A DNA stretch of 63,760 nt, filler included, from Actinomycetota bacterium (GTDB lineage Bacteria > Actinomycetota > CADDZG01 > JAHWKV01 > JAOPZY01), in assembly GCA_025963875.1 (NCBI GenBank). It is 5 parts of 5 records of this genome, joined end to end, with 100 filler letters (N's around TTAATTAATTAA, not from the genome) between each part and the next. Parts side by side here need not be neighbours in the genome. Positions count along the whole stretch, not along the records: positions 1 to 31,718 come from JAOPZY010000148.1; positions 31,819 to 37,394 come from JAOPZY010000194.1; positions 37,495 to 52,861 come from JAOPZY010000239.1; 2 more parts are not named here. One strand, written 5' to 3'. Position numbers and translations under genes: made by a program. Under the pieces are notes generated by a model. It made no database searches and was not told the DNA's origin. It saw only the letters and a list, made by a program, of their open reading frames with translations. Positions 29,840 through 38,308 of this stretch are shown in pieces; the first letter of the stretch is position 1, and the number at the start of each line of letters is the position of its first letter.

Positions 29840-30544
29840 CTAACCCGTCGTCACCGCGGACGAAGCCTGCTCGATGAGAGCGGCCACCGCAGCTGGTTGC
29901 GAGACGTAGACGGAGTGGCTAGCGGCAACCTCGACCACGGTGGAACCGGCCCGCTCGGACATGGCGCGCTGCGCCGGCGGGGGAATCATCCGATCTTCGG
30001 TGGTCACCAGGTACCAGGTCGGCTTGTTCCGCCAGGCGGGGTCCGTGATCGATCCGCCGAGGGCGTCGACGCCCCAGGGGACCTGCGAGTCGGCCATGAA
30101 GGCGGCCTGCTCTGCCGGCAGGTCACCGGCAAAAGAGGCAGCGAACTTCTCGCGGTCGAGGAGCAGGAACCCGTCCTTTGGCGGCAGGATCGGCGGCACC
30201 GGAGCGCCGGGCAGCGGATTGGCGATGAGGGTGTTGACCGACTCACCCTTGTCCGGCGCGAACGCCGAGATGTAGACGAGGGCCGCCACGTTGGGGTGGT
30301 TGCCCGCCTCGGTGATGACCGCCCCGCCGTAGGAGTGGCCGACCAGGATGACCGGCCCCTCTTGCGCGTCGATCACTCGCCGCGTCGCAGCCGTGTCGCC
30401 CTCGAGCGACAGCGTCGGGTTCTGTACCACGCTGACGTTGTAGCCGTCCTTCGTCAGGATGTCGTAAACCGCCTGCCAGCCGGACCCGTCCACGAAACCG
30501 CCGTGAACGAGAACGACGTTCCTCGCTGCTGAGCCTGTACTCAC
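29840..30544 (-). CDS. Alpha/beta hydrolase
   Basis: VLVHGG, GHSYGG nucleophile, EDRMIPP, ASH; GTG start at 30544 after AGGAG. Confidence 0.92.
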   Translation of the reverse strand: MSTGSAARNVVLVHGGFVDGSGWQAVYDILTKDGYNVSVVQNPTLSLEGDTAATRRVIDAQEGPVILVGHSYGGAVITEAGNHPNVAALVYISAFAPDKGESVNTLIANPLPGAPVPPILPPKDGFLLLDREKFAASFAGDLPAEQAAFMADSQVPWGVDALGGSITDPAWRNKPTWYLVTTEDRMIPPPAQRAMSERAGSTVVEVAASHSVYVSQPAAVAALIEQASSAVTTG

Positions 30545-30605
30545 GATGATCTCCTCTCCTGCGGGATGGTTGCGGCATGTCGGCCACACCCGGCCGAGTC
30601 CGAGC

Positions 30606-30715
30606 CTACGCCACGAACTTGCTCAGGGCCACGTTCACCTCGTCTGGGTGGGTCCACCCGCGGTTGTGGGTCCGCCCTCGACCTCGATGAACTCGATGGC
30701 TGGCAGAGCTGGACG
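30606..30715 (-). pseudogene. C-terminal remnant of a non-heme haloperoxidase-like alpha/beta hydrolase
   Basis: IEFIEVEGGP / HNRGWTHPDEVNVALSKFVA* split across frames. Confidence 0.5.
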
Positions 30716-30779
30716 AGGTTGCGTCCCGAGAACACTCCGGTCTTGACGTCTTGGAGTCGGCCGCCATCGGCAAGTCCAC

Positions 30780-30990
30780 CCCAGGTCGATCGTGGCGAAT
30801 CCTACTCTTTCAAACATGGCAGCCACTGCGCCTTGGCGTCGATATCGTCGCCGGATAGCACGAGCACCCGACGCCCATCACCTTGATGAGGATCGGCTGC
30901 CAGCACGACCGCTGGCAGCGTGTTCGCGGCCTTGACAAGGCGTGCACCATTCAGCATGTCGGCGACGACCTGGCCCGAGGTGCGCCCTCT
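30780..30990 (-). pseudogene. Frameshifted fragment of an NADPH-dependent F420 reductase-like oxidoreductase
   Basis: TSGQVVADMLNGARLVKAANTL...RRVLVLSGDDIDAKA then another frame continues MFERVGFATIDLG; no N-terminus. Confidence 0.6.
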
Positions 30991-31161
30991 AAGCGAAGAG
31001 GATTGTGCAACCACGCGAGACGATCTTGCTTGCTCGGCGTTTGCGGCGCTGGTCTCATGGAGGTACCGGAACGTGCCATGGATTCCGGGACAGTCACCAC
31101 GAAGTAGGAGCCGATCATGAAGGTCGCCGACCACTCACCGAACGCATCCAAGGGGAGAAGT

Positions 31162-31242
31162 ATGGAGTACCGCACGCTGGGCCGTACCGGAATAGAGGAC
31201 GGCGAGGTTCCCCTCGACGACGAGCGGCAGATCAGACTGTGA
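31162..31242 (+). pseudogene. Aldo/keto reductase N-terminal remnant (26 codons)
   Basis: MEYRTLGRTGI is a typical AKR start with a good RBS; stops after 26 aa. Confidence 0.6.
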
Positions 31243-31709
31243 CCGCGCAGGACGCGGTCGCCCGCGCCCTCGACATCGGGCCGGACTCCTCCGCGGCCGA
31301 GCACACGATCGACATCACAACGCTGGGCAGGCGCAGCGGCATCCCGCGCCGCATCGAGGTCTGGTTCCACCGCGTCGACGGTCGCTGGTACCTGACCGGC
31401 GTGCCCGGCCCCCGCAGTTGGTATGCGAACTTGCGCGCCCATCCGCGGTTCATCGTGCATCTCAAGCATGGGGTCACGGCCGACCTGCCCGCGACCGCGG
31501 CGCCGGTCGACGAGCCGACACGGCGGCGAGTGATCACCACGGTCCTCGATCTGCAGAACCGGCCTGAGATCGCAGCGCGGGTCAGCCAGCGCCAGCACCT
31601 CGACGACTGGCTCGCGCGCAGCCCGCTGGTCGAGATCGTGTTCGACGACGAGCAATTGCGGACGGTGTCCTCGGCGCGGTCGGATGTTCGGAACCCCAGT
31701 GATCGGTGA
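31239..31709 (+). CDS. Deazaflavin (F420)-dependent nitroreductase family protein (DUF385)
   Basis: IDITTLGRRSGIPRRIE, WYANLRAHP; GTG start at 31239. Confidence 0.85.
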   Translation: MTAQDAVARALDIGPDSSAAEHTIDITTLGRRSGIPRRIEVWFHRVDGRWYLTGVPGPRSWYANLRAHPRFIVHLKHGVTADLPATAAPVDEPTRRRVITTVLDLQNRPEIAARVSQRQHLDDWLARSPLVEIVFDDEQLRTVSSARSDVRNPSDR

Positions 31710-31718
31710 TGTCGTGTC

Positions 31719-31818
31719 NNNNNNNNNNNNNNNNNNNNNNNNNNNNNNNNNNNNNNNNNNNNTTAATTAATTAANNNNNNNNNNNNNNNNNNNNNNNNNN
31801 NNNNNNNNNNNNNNNNNN
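31719..31818. other. Artificial contig linker
   Basis: N44-TTAATTAATTAA-N44. Confidence 0.98.
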
Positions 31819-31822
31819 GTTG

Positions 31823-31896
31823 AGCTGGTGCCCGGATTCGAACCGGGAACCTACCGATTACAAGTCGGTTGCGCTACCGAGTTGCGCCACACCAGC
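31823..31896 (-). tRNA. tRNA-Thr(TGT)
   Basis: GCTGGTG acceptor stem, anticodon arm ACCGA-CTTGTAA-TCGGT, GGTTCGAATCC T-loop; CCA not encoded. Confidence 0.95.
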
Positions 31897-31912
31897 GAGC
31901 TCCCAGCGATCC

Positions 31913-32647
31913 TCATTGTAGGTGCCGGCCGGCCTCCGCCATGACGATGGCAGCCGCCACCGCGGCGTTGACGCTGGCGAGCGCACCCCGCATCGGGATC
32001 CGGACCGTCAGGTCGCAACGCTGCCTGACGAGGCGGGACAGACCCGGGCCCTCCGCCCCCACGACGAGGCACGTCCGCTCCGGGTAGTCCGCCTCGTGGT
32101 AGTCCACGGAGCCGGCGGGGTCCAGGCCGACGACGCCGAAGGCGTGGCGGTCCTGGAGCAGGCTGATCGCCGCCGCAGGAGAACCGGTCCTGACCACCGG
32201 CACCCGCTCCACTGCGCCGGCGCTCACCTTGCGCACGGTGGGCGTGACGCCGACCGAGCGGTGCTCGGGGACGAGGAGGCCTTCCCAGCCGAACGCGTCG
32301 GCGGATCGCAGGATCGAGCCGAGGTTGGCGGGGTCGGTGATCCCTTCAACCAGGACGAGGCGCCGAACCGGCCGGGCGAGCAGGTCGCCCATGGTCGCGT
32401 ACCGGAAGGGGTTGACCTCGGCGACGACGCCCTGGTGGTTCACCCCCGGGGCTCGGCGGTTGAGGGCCGCCCGGCTCTCGAACTCCACCTCCAGCCTCGC
32501 CCGCTCGGCGGCCTGGACGATCTCGTCGAGCACCGGTGACGGCCGCATGCCGTCGGCAAGGTAGAGGCGCCGGAGGACCACCCCCGCCCGGAGGGCCTCG
32601 GCCACGGGATGGCGGCCGACAATGAGGTCGGCCGGGTCGCGCGGCAA
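31913..32647 (-). CDS. rlmB: 23S rRNA (Gm2251) methyltransferase RlmB (SpoU family)
   Basis: GRHPVAEAL, HQGVVA, DPANLGSILRS, GAEGPG, SVNAAVA. Confidence 0.92.
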   Translation of the reverse strand: MPRDPADLIVGRHPVAEALRAGVVLRRLYLADGMRPSPVLDEIVQAAERARLEVEFESRAALNRRAPGVNHQGVVAEVNPFRYATMGDLLARPVRRLVLVEGITDPANLGSILRSADAFGWEGLLVPEHRSVGVTPTVRKVSAGAVERVPVVRTGSPAAAISLLQDRHAFGVVGLDPAGSVDYHEADYPERTCLVVGAEGPGLSRLVRQRCDLTVRIPMRGALASVNAAVAAAIVMAEAGRHLQ

Positions 32648-32649
32648 GG

Positions 32650-33120
32650 TCAGGCGGGCTCGATCAGCACCACCGCCATGGCCGCGATGCCCTCCCCACG
32701 GCCGGTGAAGCCGAGGTGATCGGTCGTCGTGGCCTTGACGCTCACCCTTGCCCGGTCGACGCCGAGTGTGGCGGCCAGCGTCTCCTCCATGCGGGACCGG
32801 TGCGGGCCGATCTGGACGTCCTGGACGATGACCGTGGCGTCGAGGTTGCCGATCCGGTAGCCCGCAGCCTGGACCAGCCGAGCCACCTCGCTCAGCAGGT
32901 CCTGGCTGGACACCCCTTCGAGGACCGCATCCTTCGGGAAGTGGTGCCCGAGGTCGCCGAGGCCGCCCGCACCGAGGAGGGCGTCGGCGATGGCGTGGGA
33001 GAGGGCGTCGGCGTCGGACCAGCCGGCCAGGCCCGGCGCTCCGGCGATGCTCACCCCGCCCAGGACCAACTGCCGGGCGGGGTCGAAGGCGTGGACGTCG
33101 AAGCCCATCCCCACCCGCAT
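32650..33120 (-). CDS. ispF: MEcDP synthase
   Basis: RVGMGFDVH, SDADALSHAIADA, KATTTD. Confidence 0.96.
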   Translation of the reverse strand: MRVGMGFDVHAFDPARQLVLGGVSIAGAPGLAGWSDADALSHAIADALLGAGGLGDLGHHFPKDAVLEGVSSQDLLSEVARLVQAAGYRIGNLDATVIVQDVQIGPHRSRMEETLAATLGVDRARVSVKATTTDHLGFTGRGEGIAAMAVVLIEPA

Positions 33121-33121
33121 C

Positions 33122-33838
33122 TCAGCCGGCCGGTTCCGGCTCGACCGGCTCGCCTGCAAGGAGGGCGAGGCACAACTCGATGTCCCCGGGGCGGGTGATC
33201 TTCACGTTGCGGGCGCTGCCGGCGACCACCCTGACCCGGTAGCCGGCCCGCGTGGCCATCTCGGAGCAGTCGTCGCAGACGACCCCGTCGGCGAGCGCCT
33301 GCTTGACCGACGCCTCGATGCAGTGCCTGCGAAAGGCCTGGGGCGTCTGCGCCCGCCAGAGGCCCGCCCGGCTGCGGGGGCCGACGATGCCGCCACCGTC
33401 GCCCACCTGCTTGAGAGCGTCGTCGACCGGGACAGCGGCGATGGCACCATCGAACTCCCCCGACACCGCGCGCACCACGTCCTCAAAGATCGCCGGCGTG
33501 ACGAGGGGTCGGGCGGCATCGTGGACCACGATCACGCCGTCGCCGGCGGCCACGCCCGGCAGGCCGGCAAGGCCGAGGGCGAGCGATTCCTGACGGCTCG
33601 GCCCCCCGGCGACGACGGCGGCCACCTTCGGCATCGCCAGCAGCCGGCCCTCCAGCTCGTCCCGCAACGCCTCCGGGACCACGACGACGACGATCCCCAC
33701 GCTCGGAGCAAACCCGAGGGCTGCCAGGCTGTGGTCAAGGACCCTCGTGCCCGCAAGCATCGCAAAGGGTTTCGGCATCGTGCCGGCCAGACGTTCGCTG
33801 CGTCCGGCGGCCAGGACGACCGCGGCGGCCAGTGTCAC
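33122..33838 (-). CDS. ispD: CDP-ME synthase
   Basis: LAAGRSER, VHDAARP, QTPQ, NVKIT; start approximate. Confidence 0.93.
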   Translation of the reverse strand: MTLAAAVVLAAGRSERLAGTMPKPFAMLAGTRVLDHSLAALGFAPSVGIVVVVVPEALRDELEGRLLAMPKVAAVVAGGPSRQESLALGLAGLPGVAAGDGVIVVHDAARPLVTPAIFEDVVRAVSGEFDGAIAAVPVDDALKQVGDGGGIVGPRSRAGLWRAQTPQAFRRHCIEASVKQALADGVVCDDCSEMATRAGYRVRVVAGSARNVKITRPGDIELCLALLAGEPVEPEPAG

Positions 33839-33932
33839 CGTTGTGCGCGGGGCAACTCCGTCCGGGAGAGCAACGGCCCGACCGGACAAGCCGGTCGGGC
33901 CAAAAACTGTTGCCGGTGGAGCTGCTCTCCGA

Positions 33933-34409
33933 TCAGGCCAGGACGCCGTCGAGCAGCTTGCCTGCCTCGCACTCGTCAACGTCGGCGGCAAAGGTGATCT
34001 CCGAGAGGAGGATCTGGCGAGCCTTGGCCAGCATGCGCTTCTCGCCTGCGGAGAGTCCCTTCTCCTTGTCCCGACGGGCGAGGTTCCGGACGACCTCGGC
34101 CACCTGGTAGATGTCGCCCGACCGGAGCTTCTCGACGTGGGTCTTGAAGCGCCGGCTCCAGTTGGTGGGCATGCGGCACTCCTTGGAGCGGAGCACCTTG
34201 AACACCTTCTCGAGCTCATCACGACCGATGACGTCCCTGATGCCCACCTCTTCGGTGTTGTCCAGCGGCACCAGCAGCGTGAGATCACCGTACGAAAGGC
34301 GGAGAACGAAATACTCCCGCTTCTCACCCATGACTTCTCGTTCTTCTACGCCTTTGATGATCGCTGCGCCGTGGTGCGGGTAAACTACCTTGTCACCTAC
34401 GCGAAACAA
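33933..34409 (-). CDS. carD: CarD transcriptional regulator
   Basis: [24 protein letters not shown]. Confidence 0.97.
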   Translation of the reverse strand: MFRVGDKVVYPHHGAAIIKGVEEREVMGEKREYFVLRLSYGDLTLLVPLDNTEEVGIRDVIGRDELEKVFKVLRSKECRMPTNWSRRFKTHVEKLRSGDIYQVAEVVRNLARRDKEKGLSAGEKRMLAKARQILLSEITFAADVDECEAGKLLDGVLA

Positions 34410-34614
34410 TCACTGCCTCCTTTTTGTTGATCAGGCGTCGTGTGCGCCCATTAGCCGTCGGCATCTCACGTCCCCCGCAAGCGTTGCTGACGGTCTGGCA
34501 AGGACTATCTATCGTAACAAGCTTCGACGCGTCAAGCAAAGCGGCCACGCAGAGCGGCGGGTCAGGCCCCGACAGCGGCCGAAAGGCGTTCACGAGCCCC
34601 CCCAACGAGCCAAG

Positions 34615-35958
34615 TCAGGCACGAACGAGCAGCCCAAGGGCGTCCCCCAGCTCCGCAACTGCGTGCACCTTCATCCCGTCGGGGACGCTCGCCGAACGCC
34701 CGACGACCGCCCGGCGGAACCCCAGCCGGGCGCACTCGCCGAGGCGGGTGCCGATGCCCGGCACCGCGCGGACGTCGCCCGCAAGGCCCACCTCACCGAT
34801 GGCCACGAGGTCCGGTGGGACCGGGGCGCCCGTCACCGAACTGGCGAGGGCGAGGGCCAGCGCAAGGTCGACAGCCGGCTCGTCTGCTCGGAAGCCGCCG
34901 GCGACGCGGACGAACACGTCGCTCTTCGAGAGATCGATGTGGGCCCGCTGCTGGAGCACCGCCGCCAGGACCTCCAGCCGCTCGCGCTCGAGGCCGTGCG
35001 CCACCCGGCGGGGATGCGGGCCGTCGTTGGGCGCCACGAGGCTCTGGATCTCGAGGGCCACCGCCCGCCGCCCCTCCAGCAGGCATCCCACGGCGGAACC
35101 CGGCACGCCGACGTGGCGGTCGGCGAGGAACAGCCGGGAGGCGTCGGCCACCTCGACGAGACCCCGAGCCTTCATCTCGAAGACCCCCAGCTCGGCGGTG
35201 CCACCGAAGCGGTTCTTGGCGGAGCGCAGCGTGCGCAGGCTCTGGCCCCGGTCCCCCTCGAAGGTCAGCACGGCGTCGACCAGGTGTTCCAGGACCCGGG
35301 GGCCGGCAATGGCGCCGTCCTTGGTGACGTGTCCGACGAGCAGGAGGGCGACGCTGGAGTCCCGGGCGTGTCGGGCGAGCGCCGAGGCGCACCCACGCAC
35401 CTGGGTGACCGACCCGGGCTCGCCGGTGAGGTCGGGATCGGACATGGTCTGGATGGAGTCCACGACGACGACGTCGAAGCCCTCGGCGTGCGAGAGCACC
35501 TCGTCGATCCGGGTGCCGGAGAAGGCCTGCGTGGTGCGGATCCCGCCGAGACGCCGCGCCCGAGCGGCCACCTGGTCGACCGACTCCTCCCCACAGACCA
35601 GCAGCACGCGCAGACCCTTGGCCTCCAGCCCGGCCGCGGCCTGCAGGCAGAGCGTGGACTTGCCGGCTCCGGGCTCACCGGCGAGCAGGACGACGGAGCC
35701 CCGGACCAACCCGCCGCCCAACACCCGGTCGAACTCCCCCATGCCGGTGGCAAGCCGGTCGTGCGCCGCCGCCTCGATGCTGGCGAGGGCCACCGGCGGC
35801 GCTGCCGTGGGAAGCCCGACGACTGCGCCTCCCGCCGCCCTGAGGCCCCCCTCTTTGACGAACGAGTCCCACGCCCCGCACTGGGGGCAACGGCCGCGCC
35901 ACTGGGAGGCCTGGTAGCCACACTCGGAGCAGGACATGGGAGCCCGGGCAACGCTCAT
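34615..35958 (-). CDS. radA: DNA repair protein RadA/Sms
   Basis: C4 zinc finger, GEPGAGKST, KNRFG, GEVGLAG. Confidence 0.97.
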   Translation of the reverse strand: MSVARAPMSCSECGYQASQWRGRCPQCGAWDSFVKEGGLRAAGGAVVGLPTAAPPVALASIEAAAHDRLATGMGEFDRVLGGGLVRGSVVLLAGEPGAGKSTLCLQAAAGLEAKGLRVLLVCGEESVDQVAARARRLGGIRTTQAFSGTRIDEVLSHAEGFDVVVVDSIQTMSDPDLTGEPGSVTQVRGCASALARHARDSSVALLLVGHVTKDGAIAGPRVLEHLVDAVLTFEGDRGQSLRTLRSAKNRFGGTAELGVFEMKARGLVEVADASRLFLADRHVGVPGSAVGCLLEGRRAVALEIQSLVAPNDGPHPRRVAHGLERERLEVLAAVLQQRAHIDLSKSDVFVRVAGGFRADEPAVDLALALALASSVTGAPVPPDLVAIGEVGLAGDVRAVPGIGTRLGECARLGFRRAVVGRSASVPDGMKVHAVAELGDALGLLVRA

Positions 35959-35964
35959 GGCCCA

Positions 35965-35986
35965 ACTCTACGCAGCCGCGCCGACA
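35965..35986 (-). promoter_or_regulatory. RecA-NDp (PafBC) promoter of radA, leaderless geometry
   Basis: TGTCGG-CGCGGCTGCG-TAGAGT, 6 nt before the ATG. Confidence 0.85.
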
Positions 35987-36124
35987 GCCAGACGGCAATT
36001 TCTGCACGTGGGAGAAGTTCCTGGCCGGGTGGGTCAGATTTTGCCAGCATACCGGGAACTTTCCGCCCCACCCTGGCGGGAGGCGCTGTTGCGTTCGGAG
36101 GTGCCACAATTCAATGTGAGTTCG

Positions 36125-36916
36125 ATGGTTTCCCGGCGGCGCCTGCTTGCCCGAGCGTTGATCGTCTTCGTCGCGGTGGTCGTTGTCGGGGGCCTGACCG
36201 TCGATGCGTACGTCTGGCATCGCAACAGCTCCCGGTCCAGGACCGTCGCCACCTCTCCTCCCCCTGCGGCCCCCGTGGCCACCCCCACGACGACGGCCTC
36301 GGCGCCACCGCCGGTCCCCGTGCCGGCGTCGTCGCTCGTCGCCGACGTGGCGGTGCCGGCCATCTCCGTCTACGGAGCCCCTGCGGTGGGGAAGGTGCTC
36401 GCCTCGGTCCCCAACGTGAACGCCATGGGGCAGAAGGAGGCGCTGCTCGTCACCGACGCGTCGGTGGCCGGATGGTACGAGGTGCAGGTGCCGGTCCGGC
36501 CGAGCGGCTCCCAGGGATGGGTCCAGGCCGCCAGCGTCACGATCCGGGAGGTGCCCGACTACATCCGCGTCTACCAGTCGCAGTTCCGCCTCGAGTACTA
36601 CGTCGGGGGCGAGTTGAAGAAGAGCTTCACCGTGGCGGTCGGGGCACCGTCCACGCCGACGCCCTTCGGCCGCTTCTACGTCTGGGCCAGCGAGGTCTAC
36701 GGCGGGGAATACAGCCCCGGCATCTTCGCCCTCTCGGCATTCTCACCGGTCCTCGAGAACTGGCCGGGGGGTGGCCGGACCGGGATCCACGGCTGGACCG
36801 ACACGAGCGTCATGGGCAAGCGCGCCTCGCACGGCTGCGTCCGGATGGCCCCCGCCGACTTCGCTCAACTCCTGCACACCGTGCCCCTCGGCACACCGGT
36901 GGACCTGCTGGCCTGA
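36125..36916 (+). CDS. L,D-transpeptidase (YkuD) with N-terminal membrane anchor
   Basis: N-terminal TM, VAVGAPSTPTP, GIHG...SHGCVR catalytic motif. Confidence 0.92.
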   Translation: MVSRRRLLARALIVFVAVVVVGGLTVDAYVWHRNSSRSRTVATSPPPAAPVATPTTTASAPPPVPVPASSLVADVAVPAISVYGAPAVGKVLASVPNVNAMGQKEALLVTDASVAGWYEVQVPVRPSGSQGWVQAASVTIREVPDYIRVYQSQFRLEYYVGGELKKSFTVAVGAPSTPTPFGRFYVWASEVYGGEYSPGIFALSAFSPVLENWPGGGRTGIHGWTDTSVMGKRASHGCVRMAPADFAQLLHTVPLGTPVDLLA

Positions 36917-36918
36917 AG

Positions 36919-37394
36919 CTACCGTCCCGATGGTGACGGCGATGCCACCACGGCCGCCCCCACCACCGTGAAGCTCGCCGAGGCCGGCTGCTCGGTGGCA
37001 CTGGAGGCGGTGTCGCCCAGCCGGTAGTCATGGATCCGCCCCGAACTGCCGCTGAACAGCACCTGCGTCCCGTCCGGCGTCCACACGACGCTGAGCTGCG
37101 GGCCCTTGAGCGTCGTCAGGCCGACGTCGCCCTGCGGAACGAGGACGGGCGTCCAACGGGGCCGGGCGCCGGCGGCGGCGGTGAAGCCCACGAGGACGAG
37201 CCGGGCGGCGGCGGCCTGCAGGACAGGGTTGTACACGAAGACGCCGAAGACCTGGCTGCTCGTGGGCGAGAACGCCCCACCCGGCAGGTACCCGGCGAAC
37301 CCCGGCGGCGGCGCCACGACGGTATCGCTGCCGGTTGCGGCATCCGTGACGTGGAGGGGACACTCCCCGTTGCTCGTGCAGCCGGCCGAGGCCA
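36919..37394 (-). CDS. Hypothetical protein, C-terminal part (beta-propeller-like), cut by gap
   Basis: Open to the contig edge; FSPTS and WTPDG propeller-type motifs. Confidence 0.55.
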
Positions 37395-37494
37395 NNNNNN
37401 NNNNNNNNNNNNNNNNNNNNNNNNNNNNNNNNNNNNNNTTAATTAATTAANNNNNNNNNNNNNNNNNNNNNNNNNNNNNNNNNNNNNNNNNNNN
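37395..37494. other. Artificial contig linker
   Basis: N run with TTAATTAATTAA. Confidence 0.98.
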
Positions 37495-37842
37495 GAAGCG
37501 CTGACGGCCCTGCGCAACCTCTGGTCGGACACCGGTCGCGAGCGTGACTTCGTCCAGGGCGAAGCCGAGCGGTCCGGCCGGGCGACGATGGAAGACATCA
37601 TCGGCAAGGTTGGCTACGGGGATCTCGAGCACTTCGCCGAAGGTGAGGCCACGACCGACACCCACGCCGCCGGCCAGCGACTCAGCGCCGCGTGGAAGAA
37701 GACGATGCAGCGCGAAGGCAAGATCGTCCACGAGGGCACGTCCATGGCCGACCTCATGCGTGGCAAACGGTTGGAGGAAGGCGTCAAGGGCGGCAATCAG
37801 GAGAAGCCGCCGTGGGAGAGCGACGAGAGCGGCGACGAATAG
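37495..37842 (+). CDS. Hypothetical protein, 3' part (5' cut by gap)
   Basis: Frame open from the contig start; high-GC codon bias. Confidence 0.6.
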   Translation, partial: EALTALRNLWSDTGRERDFVQGEAERSGRATMEDIIGKVGYGDLEHFAEGEATTDTHAAGQRLSAAWKKTMQREGKIVHEGTSMADLMRGKRLEEGVKGGNQEKPPWESDESGDE

Positions 37843-37918
37843 GGCGTCTGCATTGCGCCGGCAACGAGGCGGCGCTACAGTGAGGAGTCTTGGGGGTCAT
37901 CGATCAGGAGGTGCAAAG

Positions 37919-38176
37919 GTGGGACTGTTGGGACGCAAGAGGAGCAACGGTGGCGAATCGGAAGCGCCCGCTACCGCACCGCGGCCGACCGGAATCCCCG
38001 ACTACGGGTTCAACCAGCCGAAGTCGGCCGCCCCGAAAGCCGTGACCGACCTGCTCAAGCAGACCTCGTACCCCCAGGGCGCCGAGGGGTTCGCCCGCTT
38101 CTCGGGTCGGGAGAGGACCACAAGCTACCAGTCGCAGTCCGGCTGGTCCCGCCACACCTACGACACCATCAACTAA
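37919..38176 (+). CDS. Small hypothetical protein (85 aa)
   Basis: AGGAGG RBS, GTG start, GC3-rich codons, followed by a terminator. Confidence 0.65.
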   Translation: MGLLGRKRSNGGESEAPATAPRPTGIPDYGFNQPKSAAPKAVTDLLKQTSYPQGAEGFARFSGRERTTSYQSQSGWSRHTYDTIN

Positions 38177-38190
38177 CTTCTCGGAAGTTC

Positions 38191-38228
38191 CAAAGCGGAT
38201 GGCCTCCGGGCCATCCGCTTTGTTGTTT
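38191..38228 (+). terminator. Intrinsic terminator
   Basis: CAAAGCGGATGGCC-TCCG-GGCCATCCGCTTTG followed by TTGTTT. Confidence 0.85.
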
Positions 38229-38308
38229 CCCGATTGTTTCGCGGCGCCCCGGTAGCATGGCTTTACAGGCGAGATCTACGAGCGCGATAGCGGGGTGAGC
38301 CAAGGTCC

